This document shows, one piece after another, positions 9,044-16,396 of a DNA stretch of 27,485 bases. Positions within the stretch are counted from its first letter, which is position 1. Each line of letters opens with the position of its first letter. Made by a program: the position numbers and the translations under genes. The DNA comes from a virus (taxonomy: Duplodnaviria > Caudoviricetes): positions 1 to 27,485 of the IMG/VR virus record IMGVR_UViG_3300007985_000052; one strand, written 5' to 3'. The notes beneath the pieces were generated by a model that saw nothing but the letters and a program-made list of their open reading frames with translations, was not told the DNA's origin and ran no database searches.

Positions 9044-9538
9044 ATGACCAGCAAAATCGGATTTATCTACACCCTGGAACATATCGGCGCAGATGGCAAT
9101 TTGATCTCCAGGGAAGAAGTCGAGAACATTATCCCGACTGTCGGCCTGGATTATATCATTGGCTCGGCATTTAAAGGGGCCTCACAGTTTTCAGCGTACT
9201 ACCTGGGACTTTATGGAGCAAATTATGTTCCAGTGGCCAGCGACACCATGACGACTCTCATAGCGGCCTGCAGCGAATTACAAAGTTATACCGGCACGGC
9301 GCGCGCAGCTATCGCGTTCCCCGCTGTTACATCTGGTACTATTGTCACTACGGCTGCGCCAAATGAGTTTGCTTTTGCTGCTGCCGAGACAATCCGTGGC
9401 GCATTCATTAGTTCTAGCCCAACCTGGGGTGGCGTAGCCGGTCTGCTGGTAAGCGCCGTATTGTTCCCGTCTCCAAAGGTCATGGCTGCTGGGGATATTC
9501 TACGGGTTCCTGTTGGTTTTAGTTTAACTTCGGCATAA
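9044..9538 (+). CDS. Small tail structural protein
   Basis: 164 aa, AGGAGG RBS. N.I...GLDY.I, YLGLY, TIRGAF, L.SA..F.SPK....GD.LRV pattern of small tail beta-proteins. Confidence 0.6.
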   Translation: MTSKIGFIYTLEHIGADGNLISREEVENIIPTVGLDYIIGSAFKGASQFSAYYLGLYGANYVPVASDTMTTLIAACSELQSYTGTARAAIAFPAVTSGTIVTTAAPNEFAFAAAETIRGAFISSSPTWGGVAGLLVSAVLFPSPKVMAAGDILRVPVGFSLTSA

Positions 9539-9549
9539 GAGGAAATACG

Positions 9550-9939
9550 ATGAGCTTTAGCAATTATGCAGAAAATGCCGCTTTGAATTGGTTGTTTACA
9601 GGGTCAGTTGTAACTAGACCAACAGCTTGGTATGTAGCGGTTCATACGGCTGATCCGACTGAAGATGGAACCGTGGGTGAGCTAACCGCAGCAAATGACT
9701 CTGGATTTGTTCGTAAATCTGTAACTTTTGCTGACGCGGCATCTGGGAACGCCCTATCTAGTGCTATCGTAGCTTGGACGCCTACAACTGGATCTTTTGA
9801 TATTACCCATGTTTCTGTATGGGACGCTATAACTGGAGGCAATTGCCTTATTTATGGAGCGCTGGTTATTCCACGGACGACGACTAACGCTACTCCATTT
9901 GCTATTAACACCGGTGATCTTATCGCCGCTCTCGATTAA
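9550..9939 (+). CDS. Small tail (fiber-associated) structural protein
   Basis: 129 aa, GAGG RBS. MSFSNYAEN..LNWLF...PTAWYVA.HTADP, ITH.SVWDA.TGGN.L.YG.L is a widespread tail-fiber N-terminal-like module. Confidence 0.65.
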   Translation: MSFSNYAENAALNWLFTGSVVTRPTAWYVAVHTADPTEDGTVGELTAANDSGFVRKSVTFADAASGNALSSAIVAWTPTTGSFDITHVSVWDAITGGNCLIYGALVIPRTTTNATPFAINTGDLIAALD

Positions 9940-9950
9940 AGGGGAACCAT

Positions 9951-10391
9951 ATGTTTAAAATAAGCACAGGAATGCAGGATGCCCTTTTACTGGCCCTGGC
10001 TTCGCAACTGAATGGCACCATGGTGATGAACATCTACAGTGGCGCTGTTCCGGCAACTGCCGACGCTGATCTTGGAAGCGCTGTTTTGCTGCGAACGGTA
10101 TCGGTAGACAGTACGGGGACAGGTATGAGTTTTGAGGCCACTACGTCTGGCGGCATGCTAGTTAAATCCACCTCAGAAATATGGGCCGGCCAAAATGTAG
10201 CAACGGGGACCGCATCGTTTTATCGTATCATGAATATCGGTGATACGGGCGTCGCAACCACAACGGCCCCCAGGTTACAAGGCTCAGTTGGTCTGCTGAA
10301 CGCCGATCTTATTCTTGGTAATGTTGGTCTGGTAGCAGGTGTAACTGATCCAGCTATAGGTATCTTTATGGTAGGCTTACCAACGGAGTAA
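9951..10391 (+). CDS. Small tail structural protein
   Basis: 146 aa, AGGGG RBS. IYSG.VPATAD, TGTASFYR, RLQGSVG...ADL motif of small tail proteins. Confidence 0.6.
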   Translation: MFKISTGMQDALLLALASQLNGTMVMNIYSGAVPATADADLGSAVLLRTVSVDSTGTGMSFEATTSGGMLVKSTSEIWAGQNVATGTASFYRIMNIGDTGVATTTAPRLQGSVGLLNADLILGNVGLVAGVTDPAIGIFMVGLPTE

Positions 10392-10395
10392 ATTT

Positions 10396-11397
10396 ATGAG
10401 TGTTATTGCTATTACTGCTCATTATAATCTTCCTTTTGTTGCGCTATGGGAAATAGAAGGAACGGAAGTGACCCGACTTCCTGATTTACTTGGTAGGGAT
10501 AATATCCAGGCCGACGCAACACTTACGCATAATGGAAAGTATTTATATGTTAACGACCCTATTGTAAAAGTATATGAACGGGAGGCCAATGGATTCAGCT
10601 TACTAAGTTATACTCCAGGATTTCCTATTCGAGGGGGCTCAAAATTTAGTCCTAGTGGTAAATTTCTGGCTGGTCTCCTTCATTATACCGAATCTCCCTG
10701 GGTAAAAATTTATAATGTTAACGAATATACGTTAACCGAAGCGCCCGCTTTATCGGTAGCCCCACTCAGACCACCAACGGGAATTGCTTTTACAAATGAC
10801 GATAGTCGTTTAGTTCTTGGCTTTCAGAGCGCTGAACCGTTTCTTTCAATTTACGCGGGTACTGGAGATGCGTTTACGACGGTAGATAATTATTCACCCG
10901 CCGTAACCGATTGGGTACTGAGTATTAGTATAAATCAAGATAATACTATGATCGCGCTTGGTTTGTATTATGGGTCGCCTAGTTTGGTTGTTTATGAGCT
11001 TAATGGTGGCCTATATGAAAAAAGGCCAAATTTACCCGAAGCGCCAACTAAGTCTATAACAGGCGTTGCCTTTAGTCCGGACGGTAGGTATTTAGTTGCT
11101 TGTTGGGAGTATGCGCTACCCAATTTAGCGATATACGAATTTGATGGCGCTTCTTTTATTAAATTATCCGGTCCACCTGATTTACCAGTGACAAATTTTC
11201 TTCGAGTTTCATGGAGTATATCAGGAGAGTACCTAGCAATAGAAACTACAGATCATTATATTATTCTCTATCATGTTGATGGAGGGGTTTTTACAAAATT
11301 ATTGGTCCCCGCTGAGTTACGGGGTTCTATACAATTTTCTGAGTCGCCCGAGGTAGCCCTATTTTGGACCAATTTTAAAGACCAAAGAGAAATATGA
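10396..11397 (+). CDS. WD40-like beta-propeller protein, candidate receptor-binding/tail appendage
   Basis: ~45-aa repeats with FSPSGKFLA, FTNDDSRLV, INQDNTMIA, FSPDGRYLV, WSISGEYLA. AT-rich; ends FWTNFKDQREI. Confidence 0.7.
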   Translation: MSVIAITAHYNLPFVALWEIEGTEVTRLPDLLGRDNIQADATLTHNGKYLYVNDPIVKVYEREANGFSLLSYTPGFPIRGGSKFSPSGKFLAGLLHYTESPWVKIYNVNEYTLTEAPALSVAPLRPPTGIAFTNDDSRLVLGFQSAEPFLSIYAGTGDAFTTVDNYSPAVTDWVLSISINQDNTMIALGLYYGSPSLVVYELNGGLYEKRPNLPEAPTKSITGVAFSPDGRYLVACWEYALPNLAIYEFDGASFIKLSGPPDLPVTNFLRVSWSISGEYLAIETTDHYIILYHVDGGVFTKLLVPAELRGSIQFSESPEVALFWTNFKDQREI

Positions 11398-13286
11398 TAA
11401 CCTTTGACGGCGACCGCAGTCTTAAGCGCAAATGGTTTGCTAAGAAGCAAATCCGGGTTATCAAGGATATTGATGTTCCTGGTAAAGCGGTCAAGTGGGA
11501 GGGATTCACTTTTACTGCCTGGCAGCAAGGAGATTTAGACGGCGGTCGGGTTACTGCGCCCATGGGGGCTGTTGTATGCTTTAGCCAAGGGTCGCCAACG
11601 GAGGATGGCTCTCCGCTTATTAATAAAATTTCTGTAGCTGTTTCTGAGGTCTATTATGGTCCTTTCATATCCGTTGTAGAGCCCTACTCGGTATACTATG
11701 CGGCTAATGGCGATGAACCCTATATTAAGCGATTCAATTCTCCTGACGAGAGTACATTTATTGCCGATGGAAATAGCACTTATGTTTTTAGACCATTTTC
11801 CGCTTTTTCGCCGTATTATTTAGAAGCATCAATGGGATTGTACGCGTATACGCCAGAATCTGTGTACTTACGTGATTTGCCTGGCGCTCCCAGTGTTATG
11901 CCATACGGAACAGGAGAATGTTTCTGGCTGACTTTGAATGATAATATATTTATTGATTTAAACAATAATGGGGCTGCTGATTTTCCTAAATATACCTTAG
12001 ATCATTCGCTATGGGCGTACGCATCGAATGGCCAGCATATTAATAAGCGAAAAACAGTTTCTTTACAAGTTGGTGGTGGAACGCCAATGGCTAGTATGCC
12101 GATTAGGTGGCAGATTGCGCAGTATTTAGATCACCAGTGGATATCAGTTCATAACTTTGGAAGTTACGATGTAACTGAGCTTCCTAATATGCAAAAAATA
12201 TGCGTAACAAACTTAGGTCCTCCTACACAACCAGTACAACGTATTCTATTAGAAGATATTTTGACTTCTGATATGCCATATGAGTTAAGACAAATTTTAT
12301 TAGATAGTAGTGGGTATATTTCATGTGCCCCATTGGGCCAGTATACTTTTGGGGAGCACGAGAATGTAGAAGGTGAGGACGTACTTGTTCAAACAATTGT
12401 TCATGGAGTTAACGCGGCTAACATGGGCTACGCCATGACATTTGATAGCCCATCAAAAGAGTATTTTAATGCGCACAGAGAAGAAGGCCATTGGCAGTTG
12501 TTTTACGTATTTTATAGAGGAGGTAGAGCTTACAATATTAGTTCGTTGCAGTTTATTGAACTTTTAGATGAGCTGGCAGACAGCGAAATACTACGCCCAG
12601 ACAACCCAGTAGAGCCAATTTATTATGAAAATGCATATCGCATGCTAGATCAGTTATTTTGTCTCCCTAATCATAAATTTAGTAACCCGTATGATTCTAT
12701 AATGTTTCATGCGCACGACGGTAACGTATACACTTGGACAAGAAAATACGGCGCGGTTAAGTTTACGCCAACTGGCTTATTTAGAGTAACTGTTATAGTA
12801 CCACGCGATGTTTCAGAAATAACAGGAGTTCGTCCTGAAATAACTCATGGCGGGGACGGCCTATATTTGTGCGTTTGTAATAAAGTACAGGATCGTATTT
12901 TAAGTGTGCACTATGGAAGTCCATTTGGTGGATGGACCAAATTACCGGGCCCCCCAGATGGTTATGCTATAGCGCATGTACGGCCTGTGGTTGTTACTTC
13001 AGAGGCTATATTTTTGATTGGCGTTATATGGGGACCCGTCATAGTTAACGGAGCGACTGAGAGTAAATATTTCTTTGCTACTCTTACGTGGTCGTCTGAA
13101 AAAGCCACGCCGTGGCAGCGACTTGGGATGCTTCCGTTTGAAGTATCTATTTACAATAACATGAGCGTAGGATTGTACGGCAATGACCCTAGGGTAGTGG
13201 CTCTTGCTAAACACCCATCACCACCAGCAATTTTACCACAAACCCCTGTTGGCTATTATGATTCTTACGCACAAATTCTTCCGTAA
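11394..13286 (+). CDS. Hypothetical tail-region protein (630 aa)
   Basis: ATGA-coupled long ORF, aromatic/beta-rich and AT-rich. No family recognised. Confidence 0.7.
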   Translation: MITFDGDRSLKRKWFAKKQIRVIKDIDVPGKAVKWEGFTFTAWQQGDLDGGRVTAPMGAVVCFSQGSPTEDGSPLINKISVAVSEVYYGPFISVVEPYSVYYAANGDEPYIKRFNSPDESTFIADGNSTYVFRPFSAFSPYYLEASMGLYAYTPESVYLRDLPGAPSVMPYGTGECFWLTLNDNIFIDLNNNGAADFPKYTLDHSLWAYASNGQHINKRKTVSLQVGGGTPMASMPIRWQIAQYLDHQWISVHNFGSYDVTELPNMQKICVTNLGPPTQPVQRILLEDILTSDMPYELRQILLDSSGYISCAPLGQYTFGEHENVEGEDVLVQTIVHGVNAANMGYAMTFDSPSKEYFNAHREEGHWQLFYVFYRGGRAYNISSLQFIELLDELADSEILRPDNPVEPIYYENAYRMLDQLFCLPNHKFSNPYDSIMFHAHDGNVYTWTRKYGAVKFTPTGLFRVTVIVPRDVSEITGVRPEITHGGDGLYLCVCNKVQDRILSVHYGSPFGGWTKLPGPPDGYAIAHVRPVVVTSEAIFLIGVIWGPVIVNGATESKYFFATLTWSSEKATPWQRLGMLPFEVSIYNNMSVGLYGNDPRVVALAKHPSPPAILPQTPVGYYDSYAQILP

Positions 13287-13345
13287 GGGTACTAAGAACT
13301 AAAGCTAGTTTATAAATACGGCGTCTATATTTAACCGAGGTAACT

Positions 13346-13981
13346 GTGGCTATACTTATTAAAGATTACATTATAGAATTTATTAAAGGACGCGCAGGAA
13401 AAGATTTTGTTCCTGCAATTCCTGGGGTGCCTTCTAAACCGGGCTATTGGTCATATGAAACTGTTAGAATTCGCGGTAATACGATAACAAATAATAATTC
13501 ATCCCCAGTTACATCCATAAGTACAACTATACCTGATATGCTGGATGTCTCACCAATACCAACATCTGAAACTGTTAATAGCCCGATATTAGTCAAAGAA
13601 GCGAGTATGAGAACTTTGCGTGATTATATGCCAACCCTACGACCACTTATTGATGCAATAACTAAGGCATATGACTTAGGTGACGATACATATATGGACG
13701 CTGAGCCGGACAAAGAGAATCCAGTTGACCCCAGGGCTATACGGTTTAAAAAGGCCTGGGACGATTTTCAGGAAGAACGCAGGCGCATATTACAAGCCGA
13801 GGTAGACACCAGGATTCTCGGCCGACCACTAGTTTACTTATCTTGGCTCTGGGGTGAGAATGCGTATATAGCGGCCTTTGATGGCACCGGGGTTACGGGT
13901 GTTGAGCAACAAGGCGTTACATTTTTTACATTTCAGGGCTTTGCGGTAGATGACCAGCCCATACAGATGATAGTAAAATAA
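13346..13981 (+). CDS. Hypothetical tail-region protein; N-terminal Pro/Gly stalk (first half of an apparently split gene)
   Basis: GTG start with GAGGT RBS. FVPAIPGVPSKPGYWSYET, then a Ser/Thr linker and a globular region; TAA at 13979. Confidence 0.65.
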   Translation: MAILIKDYIIEFIKGRAGKDFVPAIPGVPSKPGYWSYETVRIRGNTITNNNSSPVTSISTTIPDMLDVSPIPTSETVNSPILVKEASMRTLRDYMPTLRPLIDAITKAYDLGDDTYMDAEPDKENPVDPRAIRFKKAWDDFQEERRRILQAEVDTRILGRPLVYLSWLWGENAYIAAFDGTGVTGVEQQGVTFFTFQGFAVDDQPIQMIVK

Positions 13982-13991
13982 AGGGGGCTTT

Positions 13992-14684
13992 ATGACAAGT
14001 TCATTGTTCGATGACCCATACGCTATTACAACAGGTGGTATGGCCTCAGGTTATGATCAACCACTTGACCTGGCTGACTGGATGCGCCGACAAACAGTCC
14101 CTAGTTCAAGCGGAGGAGGCTGAACTGGATCAGAACAGTATAGTTATACTGAAGAAACAATAGCGACATGGCATCCACCAACTCCTGCAGTTCCAGGTAA
14201 GCCCGCAGAGCAGGCGATCTCCGCAATTCCAGATCAAGTCAACAGGCTTCTTAATAGCGGATGGAACTCATGGGCGAGATCAATTCAACCATTAATCGGA
14301 AAGAGATATATCGAATATCAGGTAAATATGGGAACAGGTGGAGCTTTTATTGGTATTCAGTCCAGCAATAATGAAGCAACTCCGGTAGGGTCATTTTCGC
14401 ACGGCATCATGATAGACCCAACGGGTATAAAAGTAACAGAACTCAATGCCACTAAATTTGTCCTCGCTGCTAACCATGAAGGTGACGCTAAAATACGCAT
14501 TATAGTTCAACCTGATCTATCAGTAGTTTATATGATGATTCTTGGCTCTGAAGTAGCGCTTTACAAAAGTACACTGCCGGCGTCAAATCAGGCGTTATAT
14601 GGGTACGCCAAGATATACACATCTGGTGACGTAGTAACTAACTCGGTTATAGCCGAAGGCGAAGTTCAGTTTGGGAGAGCATAA
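13992..14684 (+). other. Tail-region ORF interrupted by one in-frame TGA (14121-14123): readthrough/recoding candidate or pseudogene
   Basis: RBS AAGGGGG then ATG 13992: MTSSLFDDPY...VPSSSGGG*TGSEQYSYTEETIATWHPPTPAVPGKPAEQAISAIPDQVNRLLNSGWNSWARSIQ..., continuing in frame into listed ORF 14328-14684, whose TAA overlaps the next ATG. Confidence 0.6.
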
Positions 14685-16396
14685 TGCAGGGAACCGGTTC
14701 GCTTACGATATACGCGGGTCAAACCATACTGGTCAGCGCTGAAGGAAGTTTGACCACTTCTGGGTCAAGTGGGGGTCAAGCAAAGTTATCGGGTGCTACA
14801 AGCCTTTATACATATGAGTTTAATGAGTTTGTGTCAGACAGTCTTTCCGGATCCAGTAATCTTTTTATTGAGCCCTCCACGATACCGCATGGTTCAGCGT
14901 GGTTACATGAGGTTATGTCAATTGGTGGGGACACTAACTACGCCATATCGAGACAATCATTACAGCCTTTGTATTCATATAGTAACGATGAGTACGTCCC
15001 AGCGATGCCAGATTACGGCATAGCCTGGGTTACGCCGATTGCCTCATGGGGGTACGCGGAAGGCGCTGCTGGGGAAGGCGTCACCAATATTTCTGCATTG
15101 GTCTCTCGTAGTGGAGACTACAACTATAGTATTGGCTCGGCATTTTTACCACGATTTGTATCTCTTGGCATATTTGGCGATGACCACGAGGCGACTGTTT
15201 ACGAGTACGTTAAAGCATGGGACGGTTTTGGCGCAGCGTCTGACACTGTTGTTTTCATCTTTGAGTCACCAATACTTACCCACAGCTCTTCGGCAGGTCG
15301 CTTGGCCTATGATGAGTTTGTATCGTCCGGAGCCATTGATGGTTCGACCACCAGCACATCAAGCCGGATCGTCACGGTTTACAGTACCGGTGAAGTGGTG
15401 GAATTCTACGCCAGTGACCGGCTGGCGCAAGAGCAGTTTATTCAGGATATAATTGCCACGGGGTCGGCAGAAAATGTCGCTGTGTTTTATATCGATATGA
15501 ACTGCGCAACAAGTATAAGTGGTAGTGCAGAGACCATACACGTACAGCCTTTTGTGTATAATGAAGTGGTGCCAATATCAGGAACAGTAGAAGCTCTTGT
15601 TACCTGGTTAGTAACCGTCTCAGAATATGTTTCTGCGGAAGAGTCTTTAAATGCGTTGAGGATACAGTTACGCGATATAAATAACCCTATCGTTACCAAT
15701 GGGGTAATCAATACTTTTGTCTCATGGCTACAGTCAGCGAGCGAGACAGCGAGTATAAATGCCACCATAGGCTCTCTTGTAGCTTATCTTTATGATATTA
15801 GTGAACAGGTTATCGTAGAAGGTTCTTGTGTAAGTTTTCATGAATTTCTAGTAGAATTTTTCTCATACACTCTGTTAAGCGACACCGCCATGGCGGTAAG
15901 GAAAACCGGCGGGAACTGGGAGATCCCCGGGATATCGGACAGCCGAACGTGGGCGGTCAACCTCGACACCGGCACTTCGTCGCAGTATGACGGCTACGGA
16001 TACAATTCATTTTTTGAGCGCGACGGCAAGTATTACGGCGTGGCCGACGACGGTATCTATCTGCTCGAGGGAGAAAAAGACGCCGGTAAAAGTATCGCCG
16101 CCCTGCTCGACCAGGGACTGTCCGACTACGGCACCTTTCATACCAAAAAAGCCACCGATGTCTATATTGCTTGCGCATCGGGTGGTCGGCTACAGCTGAA
16201 AGTTGTGGTCGATGGTGTCGAGAAGGTCTACCAGGCAAACAGTCACTCCAACACCATCAAGGAACACCGCGTGCAGATCTCCAGAAGCCAGCTGGGCAGC
16301 GAGTGGCAGCTGGTGTGGAGCAACCAGGGCGGTGATGATTTTGATATATCGGAAATTGATTTCCACATCTTCCCCATGAACAGGAGAATTAGATAA
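14684..16396 (+). CDS. Tail fiber/tail-tip-like structural protein
   Basis: 570 aa, TAATG coupling at both ends. Ser/Val/Glu-rich repetitive beta shaft; GC-richer C-terminal domain (WAVNL.T...SQYDGY.YNSF...G.YYGV..DGIYLLEG) from ~15880. Confidence 0.6.
   Translation: MQGTGSLTIYAGQTILVSAEGSLTTSGSSGGQAKLSGATSLYTYEFNEFVSDSLSGSSNLFIEPSTIPHGSAWLHEVMSIGGDTNYAISRQSLQPLYSYSNDEYVPAMPDYGIAWVTPIASWGYAEGAAGEGVTNISALVSRSGDYNYSIGSAFLPRFVSLGIFGDDHEATVYEYVKAWDGFGAASDTVVFIFESPILTHSSSAGRLAYDEFVSSGAIDGSTTSTSSRIVTVYSTGEVVEFYASDRLAQEQFIQDIIATGSAENVAVFYIDMNCATSISGSAETIHVQPFVYNEVVPISGTVEALVTWLVTVSEYVSAEESLNALRIQLRDINNPIVTNGVINTFVSWLQSASETASINATIGSLVAYLYDISEQVIVEGSCVSFHEFLVEFFSYTLLSDTAMAVRKTGGNWEIPGISDSRTWAVNLDTGTSSQYDGYGYNSFFERDGKYYGVADDGIYLLEGEKDAGKSIAALLDQGLSDYGTFHTKKATDVYIACASGGRLQLKVVVDGVEKVYQANSHSNTIKEHRVQISRSQLGSEWQLVWSNQGGDDFDISEIDFHIFPMNRRIR

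Noticed and set aside
13960-13995. Programmed frameshift fusing ORF 13346 to ORF 13992
   Set aside because: The target frame has TGA-TAG-TAA at 13968-13976, no convincing slippery site precedes the TAA, and the downstream ORF has its own RBS.
1-14123. Genome-wide TGA reassignment (code 4/25) to explain the TGA at 14121
   Set aside because: TGA terminates terminase, portal and the genes ending at 3719, 7158, 7820 and 11397, several with ATGA/GTGA coupling to the next gene, so standard code 11 applies.
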